The notes under the pieces: generated by a model
Seen by the model: the letters and a program-made list of their open reading frames with translations, nothing else
The model's database searches: none
What the model was told of the DNA's origin: nothing
Assembly: GCA_947476875.1 (NCBI GenBank)
Contig: CANJSG010000001.1
Coordinates: 25,336 to 89,335 of the forward strand
Source of the DNA: Verrucomicrobiota bacterium
GTDB taxonomy: Bacteria; Verrucomicrobiota; Verrucomicrobiia; Limisphaerales; CANJSG01
Direction of reading: 5' to 3'
Length of the DNA: 64,000 bases
Translations under genes and position numbers: made by a program
In this document: positions 50,934 through 60,005 of the stretch, in pieces
Position numbering within the stretch: position 1 is the first letter of the stretch
How the letters are laid out: each line of letters begins with the position of its first letter

Positions 50934-52748
50934 GTGGCCGGCCTTGTTTCAGAGAACACCATCGAGCAGATCCGTCAGGCGAGCGACATCGTCGACGTGG
51001 TCGGCGGCTACATTCCGCTCAAGAAGGCCGGGACCAATTTCCGCGCGCTCTGCCCGTTCCACCGCGAGAAGAGCCCGAGCTTCAACGTCGTTCCCGCCAA
51101 GCAGATCTTCCACTGCTTCGGCTGTGGCAAGGGCGGCGACGTCTTCCGCTTCGTGCAGGACTACGAGGGGTTGAACTTCATCGAGGCCGTGCGGCGGCTG
51201 GCGGAACGCGCGCGCATCCCGCTGGAGATGGACAACGATCCGGCCCGGCAACAGACGCGCGCGCTCAAGGACACGCTGCTCCTGATCCATGAACAGATCT
51301 GCCAACGTTGGCAGGCGGCCTTGAACCAGCAGGGCGGCGAGATCGCCCGCGACTACCTCGAGAAGCGGGCCGTGTCGCCGGAAGCCGTGCAGCTCTTCCG
51401 CATCGGCTACGCTCCCGAGGCCTGGGACGACACGGTGAACTGGGCGAAGAGCAAGGACTTCGACCTCGCGCTCGTCGAGCAGGCCGGGCTCATCATCCGC
51501 AAGGAAGGCACGGACCGGCACTACGACCGGTTCCGCGGCCGGCTTATGTTCCCCATCTGCGACGAACAGGACCGCGTGATCGGCTTCAGCGGACGCATCC
51601 TTCAAGGCGACGAAAAGTCGGCGAAATACGTCAACTCGCCCGAGACGCCGATCTTCAGCAAGGGGCGCGTGATCTTCGGACTCAACAAGTCGAAGCGCGC
51701 CTTGCTCGAAACAAAGACGGCTGTCGTCTGCGAAGGCCAGCTCGACCTGATCGCGTGTTTCATGGGCGGCGTGACCAACGTCGTCGCACCCCAGGGAACG
51801 GCCTTCACGCCGGAGCACGCGCGCGTCCTCAAACGCTACGCCGAGGAGGTCGTGCTTTGTTTTGATGCGGACAATGCCGGGCAGAACGCCGCCGTGCGTG
51901 CGCTGGATGCGTTGCTCGGCGCCGGCCTGACCGTGCGCGTGGCCTCCGTGCCGAACGGCAAGGACCCGGATGAATTCATCAAACAGAACGGCGGCGAGGC
52001 CTTTGCTGAAGTGATCAAACACGCGCCGGGATTCTTCGACTGGTATCTCGACCGTCTGACCGCGACGAACGATGCGAACTCGGACAAGGGCCGCGTGACC
52101 ATCTCGCGTTCGATGGCCGAGGCGCTGGCCAAAGCCGGCAACGACGTCGTCGTCGACAAATATGTGCAGAAGACCGCGCTCAAGCTGGGCGTTTCCTCGG
52201 ACGCGGTCCGTGCGGATTTCAAGAAGCTGATGAAGGCCGCTCCGGCGCCGATGGAGGAGGAATACGACATGCCTCCGCCGACCGATGAAGTGGCCTATCC
52301 GAAACCAACGCCCGGCGAGAGCATGCTGCTGCAGCTCCTGTTGGAGAACGAAGACGTGGTGGCGCAGGTCGCGGGCGTGCTCGCCCCGGAGTGGATGACC
52401 CACGAGCTCGTCCGCCGCGCCGTGGAGCGGAGGCTGGAGGCGCACCAGAACAGTTCATGGCCGGGGTTAGCCTCGTGGGTCGGCGCGTTGGAGGACATCG
52501 CGACGCAGCGGATGATCACCGAGGCCCTGGCCACGCCGCATCACATCGCGGATGCGGCCGGCGTCCTCTTCGGCACTCCGACGAAGTCGGGGTTGCTGCC
52601 GTTGTTGCGGGACAAATGGGTCGATGCCCAGATCGCCGCCGTGAACCAGCGTCTAGCCGATCCCGACCTTCCCGAGGAAGACGGCAACCATCTCCTCGGC
52701 CGCAAACAGGAACTCCGGCTGCTCAAAGGCAAGCCGCTGCTGCCGTAG
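50934..52748 (+). CDS. dnaG: DNA primase
   Basis: CHC2 zinc finger CPFHREKSPSFNVVPAKQIFHCFGCGKGGDVFRF, the RNA polymerase core, and a Toprim domain (VCEGQLDLI...CFDADNAGQNAA). GTG start. Confidence 0.95.
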   Translation: MAGLVSENTIEQIRQASDIVDVVGGYIPLKKAGTNFRALCPFHREKSPSFNVVPAKQIFHCFGCGKGGDVFRFVQDYEGLNFIEAVRRLAERARIPLEMDNDPARQQTRALKDTLLLIHEQICQRWQAALNQQGGEIARDYLEKRAVSPEAVQLFRIGYAPEAWDDTVNWAKSKDFDLALVEQAGLIIRKEGTDRHYDRFRGRLMFPICDEQDRVIGFSGRILQGDEKSAKYVNSPETPIFSKGRVIFGLNKSKRALLETKTAVVCEGQLDLIACFMGGVTNVVAPQGTAFTPEHARVLKRYAEEVVLCFDADNAGQNAAVRALDALLGAGLTVRVASVPNGKDPDEFIKQNGGEAFAEVIKHAPGFFDWYLDRLTATNDANSDKGRVTISRSMAEALAKAGNDVVVDKYVQKTALKLGVSSDAVRADFKKLMKAAPAPMEEEYDMPPPTDEVAYPKPTPGESMLLQLLLENEDVVAQVAGVLAPEWMTHELVRRAVERRLEAHQNSSWPGLASWVGALEDIATQRMITEALATPHHIADAAGVLFGTPTKSGLLPLLRDKWVDAQIAAVNQRLADPDLPEEDGNHLLGRKQELRLLKGKPLLP

Positions 52749-52835
52749 GCCAGGCATCCCTGCCCAGCCAGTGGGTGTTCCTTGTGACGACAGAATCGCA
52801 GCACCTCCCGGCCGCGCGCGGACGCGCGGCCTACC

Positions 52836-52924
52836 AAGGCTCGGCGGGAGCCTTCGCCCTACCAGTCGGGACGACTGCCGCCGTCTTGTCTTCTTCGTGC
52901 CCCTTCGTGTTATTCGTGGATGAA
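52836..52924. repeat. Half copy (E) of the composite palindromic element
   Basis: aaggctcggcgggagccttcgccctaccag (52836-52865) matches the right inner arm of copies A and B. cttcttcgtgccccttcgtgttattcgtggatgaa (52890-52924) resembles the right outer arm of copy A. I found no left-arm partner. Confidence 0.65.
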
Positions 52925-53984
52925 TTCGCTTCCCCGGTTTAGCACTTCCGCGATGAGTCTTGCCGCCGTCGACTGGAAAGCATTGCAACGCCTGCGCGCC
53001 GCCTTTCTGGCGGGCACGGCAGGCCGGGCGGCCTACTGGCAATCGGAGCGCGACCTCGCCAGCTACGACGCCACCTTCGCCGCCCGTATCGGTTGGAAGT
53101 GGGACCACGTTCTCGACGAACTCGCCCGCCTCGGGTGGTCGCCTCCGTCTGGGCCGGTGCTGGATTGGGGCTGTGGATCCGGCATCGCGGCGCGGCGTTT
53201 CCTGGCGCACTTCCCGCCGCCGTCCTTGGCGGAAGTATGGTTCAGCGACCAGTCGAGCCTGGCCGTCAGCTTCGCGACGCAACGGGCGCGTTCGGCGTTT
53301 CCGGAAGTGTCCGTGCGCGCCGGCCAACCGGCCCGTGTCGGCACGCTCTTGATCAGCCATGTGTTGACTGAGCTCGAGGCCCGCGAGGTCGATGAGCTCC
53401 TCGATCTCGTGTCCTCGGCCGAAGCGGTCGTCTGGGTCGAACCGGGCACGCACGAGACGAGCCGTCGCCTGATTGCCCTCCGCGAGAAACTCCTCGCGAG
53501 ATCCGCCGCCGCCTTGAACGTGATCGCGCCGTGCACCCACTTGAAGGCCTGCGGCATGTTGGCGAAGGGCAACGAACCGCATTGGTGCCATCATTTCGCG
53601 TCGCCGCCGGCCGAAGTGTTCATGGACGCAGATTGGACGCGGTTCAGCGACGAAATGGGCATTGATCTGAGGAGCCTTCCGTTGAGCTATCTTGTCCTTG
53701 ATCGTCGCCCCCGGCCCCCGCTGCCCGAAGGCGCAGCCCGGCTCATCGGTCGCCCCCGCGTCTACAAACCCAATGCGCTCGTCTATGCCTGCGACGCGTC
53801 GGGCGTGGCCGAACGCTCCATCACCAAACGCGCCTTGCCCGCCGAGTATCGCCTCGCGAAGAAGGACCGCTTGGAACCGCTGCAAGTGTGGCGTTGCGAC
53901 GGCGCTGTGGTGACGGAGATGAAGCCGTTGCTTCCGCCTGTGGAGACTGAGGACGACGAAACCGAAGCGGTTTCAAGCCCGTAG
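52920..53984 (+). CDS. Rsm22-like SAM-dependent methyltransferase
   Basis: VLDWGCGSGIAARRF (SAM motif I), ISHVLTEL, and a C-terminal Cys cluster (APCTHLKACGM...HWCHHF) typical of the Rsm22 family. The ATG at 52920 lies inside repeat E, so the true start may be the ATG at 52953 (MSLAAVDW). Confidence 0.7.
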   Translation: MNSLPRFSTSAMSLAAVDWKALQRLRAAFLAGTAGRAAYWQSERDLASYDATFAARIGWKWDHVLDELARLGWSPPSGPVLDWGCGSGIAARRFLAHFPPPSLAEVWFSDQSSLAVSFATQRARSAFPEVSVRAGQPARVGTLLISHVLTELEAREVDELLDLVSSAEAVVWVEPGTHETSRRLIALREKLLARSAAALNVIAPCTHLKACGMLAKGNEPHWCHHFASPPAEVFMDADWTRFSDEMGIDLRSLPLSYLVLDRRPRPPLPEGAARLIGRPRVYKPNALVYACDASGVAERSITKRALPAEYRLAKKDRLEPLQVWRCDGAVVTEMKPLLPPVETEDDETEAVSSP

Positions 53985-54015
53985 GACCGTTCTGTTTGTA
54001 GGAACCGTTCCCGCC

Positions 54016-56526
54016 TCAATGCCGCCGGAAATTCAGCTTGTGGTCCAGGCGGCGGGTCTGGCTGAACTCGAGCTTCGGCAGGTCGGTGAGCGTGGGGGAT
54101 TCGGTTTCGTTCAGGATGGTTTTCGCCAGGGCCTTCAGCTCGTTCCAGCGCGGCCATTCGAGCGCGGGCGAATGCACGACCTGCCGGAGCGTGCTGCGCC
54201 ATTCGATGATCACGCGGTCGATGTCGCCGGGGCCGGTCCACTCGGTTACGAAGGCGTGTTTGGCGTCGGGGTTGCGATGGACGCTGCGGACCACTTCCTC
54301 CGCGCCAAATCCGTAGCTGGGCGGAATGCCGTCCTCCAGGTAGCCGGTAATCGTCTGGCTGCCGAAGAGCCGCCGACACGCGTAGGCCAGACGACCGTCG
54401 AACCGCGCCTCACCGCCGCTGAAGCGGTAGCCGGCATCGAGATTGGCGAGGTCATAGACGAGTTCCTCCAGCGCCGCCGCGAGCGCGAGACCGTCGCCCT
54501 GGTGGAAGAAGCTGACGACCTGGCCGCGTCGTGTCGGGACGCCGCCCGCGTTCACTAGGCCGAGACGTCGCCACAGGAGCGCAACGCCGCTGGCGGCGGG
54601 CAGGCCCATGCAGGTTTCGACAAGGGAACAGCGGGCGCAGTTGACGGAAACGGTTTCACGCTCGGGCGGACGCCACAACGCGACACCATGCCGGTCGATG
54701 GCGACGCGGAGCGGGAGATCGCCGACATCGAGATGGACCATGAGCCGCATCTCCTCCTCGACGACGCGGACGACGGGCGTGTGCTGGGCGGCGAGATGAG
54801 CCTGAAGCGCGGGCAGAACGGTTTGTTCCCACTCCTGCTGCTCCAGTTCGCGGCGCTGCCAGTTGGTTGCGCGACGAACCCACTTGGCCAGCACGAGCCG
54901 GCCGTCGGCCAGACGATCCGCGACGGTGCTGGACCTTCCGAAGAGCGGCCGGCCCTCAGATTCCCCCACCACGACGATCAAACCCTGGCCGACCTTCTCG
55001 ATCGCCTTCATCAAGGTGAGCGCGGGGATCAAGACGGGCGCTCCATCGCGGGCTGGGGACGCGTCTTCTTCGATCAGTTTTACGTCCTTCACCGGGACAC
55101 CCTTCATCTGGCCGAGGCGTTCCCACTCGCCGCGACTGTTGAAGAACTCGCGGACCATCGTGCGGACATAGCGGGCGCGTTCGGCATCGGTCTGGAGGCC
55201 GCAGGGAACGTCCGGATGCTTCAGCGATTCCTCGACGCCGAGGATGATCGGCTTGGTGGTGTAGAGCCGCTGCTGCACGCGCACCGCTTCCTCGAACGGC
55301 CGCCGCCCCAGGACCGACGCGGCGTGCATGAGGCCGAGCAGCGCGTTCCAGTCGATCATGCCGCTGCGCGACAACCAGGCGGGCCGGCCATCGGCCAGGC
55401 GCAGGCCGTTCTGCGAGACGAGCACGTAGCCGCATTCGTCCAAACCACGGCGTCCGGCGCGGCCGAACATCTGGAGGATTTCGTCGGCCTTGATCGCGTG
55501 CTCAACGTTGTCGCGCCGGTAGGAATCGCCCGCGAGGACGACGCTGCGGAGGGAGAAGTTAATGCCGGCGGCGAGGCCCATCGTCGCGACGACGACCCGG
55601 AGTTGGCCGGCCTTGGCCAACGGTTCGATCACGCCGGCGCGCGTCGTGTAGCTCAGGCCGCTGTGGTGGTAGGTCACGCGCGACTTGAGCATCCGGGCCA
55701 TCTTCTCGCCGACGACCTGCTTCTGCTCGGCGGTGAGCTGGAGCGGATTCGGGTTGGGCAGATAACGCGCGAGTTCGGCCGCGAGCGCTTCCGTGGCGCG
55801 GCGCTGCGGGGCGAAGACAAGGACCGGCCCCAGGTTTTCGGCGAGGGCCTTGGCCACGAACCGTGGCCAGTAGCCCTTGATCTCGGACGGGACGAAGTAG
55901 TTCAGGCTGTTGCCATCGATCTCCTCCAACGGCACGGGACGTTCCTCATGGCGGACGAGCACGGCGCGGCGGCCGAGGCGTGTGAGCCATTTCACGATGT
56001 GCTCGGGATTGGCCACGCTACCGCTGAGAAGGAGCAACTGCGTCTGCGGCGGCGCCAGCGCGATGGCCAGCTCGTAGTTCAGCCCGCGATCGGCGTCCCC
56101 GATCATCTGATATTCGTCGACCACGAGCAGCGTGGGACCGTCGCCACGGATGAGCCGGTTCTTCTGCGTCTCCAACGTCGCGACGATGACGGGTGCTTCC
56201 AAGTTCTCGGCGAGGTCGCCAGTGGCGATGCCGACGTTCCAGCCGCGCGCACGCCATTCGGCGAGCTTGTCGTTGGCCAACGCGCGCGTCGGCACGGTGT
56301 AGATGGCCTGGCCCTTGTTCTTGCCGTGGTTCGACCACAGCTCAAACACGAGGGTCTTGCCCGCGCCCGTGGGCGCATGGACGACGACGTCCTGTCCGTC
56401 GCGCAACGCGGCCACGGCCTGCTGCTGCCAGAGGTCCGGCACGGCCACCTGGTTCAACGCGGCGGCCGCCGGATCACCGAGGCGACTGTGGTGGACGCGC
56501 TCAAAGCTGTCGCCAATGGTATTCAT
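54016..56526 (-). CDS. Superfamily 2 DEAD/DEAH-box helicase (Ski2/HelY-like core) with a long uncharacterised C-terminal region
   Basis: Motif I HAPTGAGKT, motif II VVDEYQ, motif III LSGS, and motif VI FGRAGRRG. The helicase core occupies about aa 30-400. The remaining ~430 aa contain nothing I recognise. Confidence 0.85.
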   Translation of the reverse strand: MNTIGDSFERVHHSRLGDPAAAALNQVAVPDLWQQQAVAALRDGQDVVVHAPTGAGKTLVFELWSNHGKNKGQAIYTVPTRALANDKLAEWRARGWNVGIATGDLAENLEAPVIVATLETQKNRLIRGDGPTLLVVDEYQMIGDADRGLNYELAIALAPPQTQLLLLSGSVANPEHIVKWLTRLGRRAVLVRHEERPVPLEEIDGNSLNYFVPSEIKGYWPRFVAKALAENLGPVLVFAPQRRATEALAAELARYLPNPNPLQLTAEQKQVVGEKMARMLKSRVTYHHSGLSYTTRAGVIEPLAKAGQLRVVVATMGLAAGINFSLRSVVLAGDSYRRDNVEHAIKADEILQMFGRAGRRGLDECGYVLVSQNGLRLADGRPAWLSRSGMIDWNALLGLMHAASVLGRRPFEEAVRVQQRLYTTKPIILGVEESLKHPDVPCGLQTDAERARYVRTMVREFFNSRGEWERLGQMKGVPVKDVKLIEEDASPARDGAPVLIPALTLMKAIEKVGQGLIVVVGESEGRPLFGRSSTVADRLADGRLVLAKWVRRATNWQRRELEQQEWEQTVLPALQAHLAAQHTPVVRVVEEEMRLMVHLDVGDLPLRVAIDRHGVALWRPPERETVSVNCARCSLVETCMGLPAASGVALLWRRLGLVNAGGVPTRRGQVVSFFHQGDGLALAAALEELVYDLANLDAGYRFSGGEARFDGRLAYACRRLFGSQTITGYLEDGIPPSYGFGAEEVVRSVHRNPDAKHAFVTEWTGPGDIDRVIIEWRSTLRQVVHSPALEWPRWNELKALAKTILNETESPTLTDLPKLEFSQTRRLDHKLNFRRH

Positions 56527-56604
56527 GCGAGGACGACGCGACGGCGCCGTTGATGGGGGAAGGTGGCTGACGAAACGGGAACCGCCAGTGCCTGGGATGC
56601 GAAA

Positions 56605-56883
56605 CTATTTCCGGCCGTGGACGCGTTCCTTCTTCTCCTCCCACTCGGTCTGCAGGGCCTTGCGTTCGCGGGCGAGCTCGACCTCAAGTTCCTGCTGCTT
56701 GTCGAAGTCGCCGGCCTGCGCGGCCTCGCTGATGCGGTCCTTCAGCAGGATCTCGCGCTCGGCGATCTTGGCGGCGTATTTGGAATCGATCTCGGCGATC
56801 TCGGCCTTCTGGCGTTCGTTGAGCTTGGCCATGGGCTGGGACTTGTTCAGCCGTTCCATCGCGAGTTCGTAGGCGGACTTCAT
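56605..56883 (-). CDS. Small coiled-coil hypothetical protein (92 aa)
   Basis: ATG start and a charged heptad-like sequence (MKSAYELAMERLNK...EVELARERKALQTEWEEKKE). Lies downstream of the helicase gene on the same strand. Confidence 0.5.
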   Translation of the reverse strand: MKSAYELAMERLNKSQPMAKLNERQKAEIAEIDSKYAAKIAEREILLKDRISEAAQAGDFDKQQELEVELARERKALQTEWEEKKERVHGRK

Positions 56884-56932
56884 GGAGGAAGGATGAGCTC
56901 GAAGCGGGCAAGTGCAAAGGGAGGAAACGCGT

Positions 56933-56980
56933 GATGCCAGATGCCAGATGCCAGATGCCAGATGCCGGGATCAGGGATCG
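56933..56980. repeat. Heptanucleotide tandem repeat (GATGCCA)x4-5 followed by GGGATCAGGGATC
   Basis: gatgcca occurs 4 times (56933-56960) plus gatgccg (56961-56967), then ggatcagggatcg (56968-56980). Lies in the divergent region between the 92-aa ORF and comB. Confidence 0.85.
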
Positions 56981-57019
56981 CGACTTCCCGAAACGATTCC
57001 CCCTCTTCACGCTCCCCAC

Positions 57020-57790
57020 ATGTCCATCGGCAAATCATGCGAAGTGTTGTTCAGTCCGGCGGAGTTCATGGCGCTGCAAAAGCGCGACCTGTCGCGGGCC
57101 GTGTGCGTCGTGTTCGACATCCTGCGCGCGACGACATCCATGACCGTCGCTTTGGACAATGGGGCGGCTGCGGTTCTGCCGGCGAACGACATTCCCGACG
57201 CGCTGGCATTGCGGGCGAGATTCCCCGATGCGTTGCTCGCCGGCGAACGGCACGGGCTCCGCATCGGTGCGGACCTGACCGGCGGCGTGGAGTTCGATCT
57301 GGGCAATTCGCCCCGCGAGTTCACCCGCGAGAAAGTCGCCGGACGCACGCTGATCATGACGACGACCAACGGGACCCGAGCACTTCAGGCCTGCGCCGGA
57401 GCCAAGCGGGTGTTCGTCGGTTCGTTTCCCAACCTCGCGGCTACAGCCCGCGCCGTCCTCGCGGAGAAGCCCGGGCAGCTGTTCCTCGTCTGCGCCGGCA
57501 CCTACGAGGAGGCCGCCTACGAAGACACGCTCGCCGCCGGGGCGATGGCGGATCTCGTCTGGGACTTCTTCGACGAATCCGCCGTGGCGGATTCCGTCGC
57601 GATCGCGCGGAACCTCTGGCTGGGCGCCAAGGCCGATCTCGTCGGAGCGATCCGCCATTCACGCAATGGCCGCAGGCTTCTGACGCATCCCGATCTCAAG
57701 GACGATGTCGCGATCTGCTTCCAACGCGACACGGCGACCATCGTGGCGACGATGGTCGATGGGGCCGTCAGGGTTCCAAGTCCTGGCTGA
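57020..57790 (+). CDS. comB: 2-phosphosulfolactate phosphatase family protein
   Basis: VCVVFDILRATTSMTVAL, LLAGERHG, MTTTNGTRAL and FLVCAG match ComB family blocks. ATG at 57020. Confidence 0.78.
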   Translation: MSIGKSCEVLFSPAEFMALQKRDLSRAVCVVFDILRATTSMTVALDNGAAAVLPANDIPDALALRARFPDALLAGERHGLRIGADLTGGVEFDLGNSPREFTREKVAGRTLIMTTTNGTRALQACAGAKRVFVGSFPNLAATARAVLAEKPGQLFLVCAGTYEEAAYEDTLAAGAMADLVWDFFDESAVADSVAIARNLWLGAKADLVGAIRHSRNGRRLLTHPDLKDDVAICFQRDTATIVATMVDGAVRVPSPG

Positions 57791-57843
57791 GCGGAATTGG
57801 ATCGGCAGGCCGCGAAGGGCCGTGTTACTCCACGGGTATTCCC

Positions 57844-59715
57844 ATGCGCATGCCTTCTTTCTTCGCGGCGGTTCCGCTCCTTGCGGTCGGGCTCTTGTTC
57901 GCGGCATCGGCCTCTGCCGCCGAGCGCGCGAAGCCCAACATCCTCTGGTTGGTGAACGAGGACCACGGGCCCCACGTCGGCTCCTACGGCGACGCTTTTG
58001 CCACCACTCCAACCTTTGATGCGCTCGCCAAACGCGGTCTGCGTTACACGAAGGCCTGGTCCTGCGCCCCGGTGTGTGCCCCGGCCCGGACGACCCTGAT
58101 CAGCGGGCTCTACGCCACGTCGACGGGCGGGGAACAGATGCGCAGCATGGTGGGCTATCCGGCCGGCCTGAAGATGTATCCGCAGCTCATGCGCGAAGCC
58201 GGCTACTACTGCTCGAACAACGCGAAGGAGGACTACAACGTGGCCAACCCGGGCAAGGTCTGGGACGCATCGGCGAAGACGGCCCACTGGCGAAAACGGC
58301 CGGCGGGAACGCCCTTCCTCGCCGTCTTCAACTCGGAGAAGAGCCACGAGAGCCAGATCCGCAAACAACCCCACGTCGCCGTCCACGATCCGGCCAAGGT
58401 CCGAGTTCCCGCCTACCACCCGGACATCCCCGAGGTGCGCAAGGACTGGGCCCAATACTACGACCAGGTGACCGCGGCCGATGCCGATTCGGGCGCAAGG
58501 CTGAAGGAATTGGAAGAGGCCGGGCTGGCCGAGGACACGATCGTCTTCTACTACGCCGACCACGGTTCCGGTATGCCGCGCAGCAAACGCTGGCCCTACA
58601 ACTCGGGCCTGCACGTGCCGCTGATCGTCTACATCCCGGAAAAGTTCAAAAACCTCCGTCCCGCCGACTACCAGGCGGGCGGAACGTCGGATCGGCTCGT
58701 GAGCTTCGTGGACTTCGCTCCGACGCTTCTCAGCCTGGCAGGCGTGAAGCCGCCCGAATGGCTCCAGGGCAGTGCGTTCCTCGGCAAGTTCATCGGACCG
58801 GCGCCGAAGTTTCTCCATGGTTTCCGCGGACGGATGGACGAACGGCTCGACCTCGTGCGCAGCGTGACGGACGGACGCTTCGTCTACATCCGCAATTACC
58901 TTCCCCATTTGATCTACGGCCAGCACATCGACTACATGTTCCAGACTCCGACCACGCCCGCGTGGAAAAAACTCCACGACGAAGGCCGGCTCAATCCGCA
59001 GCAGGATGCGTTCTGGCAGGAGAAGGCGCCCGAGGAACTCTACGATCTCAAAGCCGATCCCGACGAAGTGAAGAACCTCGCCGGTTCGCCCGTGCATCAG
59101 GAGATCAAGGCCGCCCTCCGCAAGGCGCAGCAGGAACACATCGTCCGCATCCGCGACGTCGGATTCATCCCGGAGGGCGTGCGGTTCGAACTCGCCAAAG
59201 GCGGATCGCCCTACGATGTCGGGCACGATCCGGCCAAGTATGACCTGGCCCGCGTCGTCGCCGCGGCGGAGCTCGCATCCATGCGCGACCCGAAGGCGGC
59301 GCCGGAGTTGGCCAAACTCCTCACGGATGCCGATCCGTCGATCCGCTACTGGGCCGCACTCGGCCTCTCCATGCGCGGACAACCGGCGGTCCAGCCGGCC
59401 GAGACCGCCTTGAAGGCCGCGCTCGCGGACCAGGAATCCATCGTCCGGGTCCACGCCGCGCATGGCCTCGCGCAGTTCGGCGAAGGTGCGACCGCGAAGC
59501 AGGGCCTCGCCGCCCTCGTCGAACTCGCGCATGGCGACCGCAACAACTACTTCACCGCGATGGCGGCGTTGAACGCCCTCGATCAACTCGGCGACAAGGC
59601 CGCATCGCAGGCGGCCGCCATTCGCGCGCTGCCCGGACGCGTCCAGGCCCCCGCCGCCCGCTACGCGGAATATCTTCCGCGCCTCGTCATGGATCTGCAG
59701 AAGCGGTTTCAGTGA
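57844..59715 (+). CDS. Secreted sulfatase (formylglycine-dependent) with C-terminal HEAT repeats
   Basis: Signal peptide MRMPSFFAAVPLLAVGLLFAASASA, then PNILWLVNEDHG and the sulfatase signature CAPARTTLISG (CxPxR). The C-terminal repeats are HEAT-like (DPSIRYWAALGL, ESIVRVHAAHGL). Confidence 0.88.
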   Translation: MRMPSFFAAVPLLAVGLLFAASASAAERAKPNILWLVNEDHGPHVGSYGDAFATTPTFDALAKRGLRYTKAWSCAPVCAPARTTLISGLYATSTGGEQMRSMVGYPAGLKMYPQLMREAGYYCSNNAKEDYNVANPGKVWDASAKTAHWRKRPAGTPFLAVFNSEKSHESQIRKQPHVAVHDPAKVRVPAYHPDIPEVRKDWAQYYDQVTAADADSGARLKELEEAGLAEDTIVFYYADHGSGMPRSKRWPYNSGLHVPLIVYIPEKFKNLRPADYQAGGTSDRLVSFVDFAPTLLSLAGVKPPEWLQGSAFLGKFIGPAPKFLHGFRGRMDERLDLVRSVTDGRFVYIRNYLPHLIYGQHIDYMFQTPTTPAWKKLHDEGRLNPQQDAFWQEKAPEELYDLKADPDEVKNLAGSPVHQEIKAALRKAQQEHIVRIRDVGFIPEGVRFELAKGGSPYDVGHDPAKYDLARVVAAAELASMRDPKAAPELAKLLTDADPSIRYWAALGLSMRGQPAVQPAETALKAALADQESIVRVHAAHGLAQFGEGATAKQGLAALVELAHGDRNNYFTAMAALNALDQLGDKAASQAAAIRALPGRVQAPAARYAEYLPRLVMDLQKRFQ

Positions 59716-59743
59716 GCCGGGTCGGTGTCGGGCGACGCAGCTC

Positions 59744-59931
59744 GTGGTAGGGCGGGCTTCCAGCCTGCCCCGATCGGACAGAGGCCCCGAGTCGACGACC
59801 TTCCTGAATGGCTCGCGCGTTTGATGGTGGGCCTTCAAAGCCGCGACGGATCGGCGGAGGCACTTTACCGGGGTCGGGCCAGCCGCGCTGCGGCTGGCCG
59901 GCGGGTCGCAGCGCGACCCGCCCCACCTGCC
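59744..59931. repeat. Possible degenerate relative of the inverted-repeat elements
   Basis: gtggtagggcgggcttcc (59744-59761) pairs with the reverse complement of gcgcgacccgccccacct (about 59914-59931), sharing ggtRgggcggg. An internal ccgatcgg..cggatcgg pair is also present. The match is weak. Confidence 0.3.
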
Positions 59932-59944
59932 TTTGGCTCGCGGG

Positions 59945-59983
59945 CAAAGAAAACCCCGGACAGCCGAGGCCGTCCGGGGTTTC
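59945..59983 (-). terminator. Rho-independent terminator for the 60006-61841 gene (hairpin shared with the convergent sulfatase gene)
   Basis: aaaccccggac-agccgaggc-cgtccggggttt. On the reverse strand the hairpin is followed by ttttctttg, 23 nt after the stop at 60006. Confidence 0.7.
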
Positions 59984-60005
59984 GTGAAGGGATCTCGGGC
60001 TCCGA

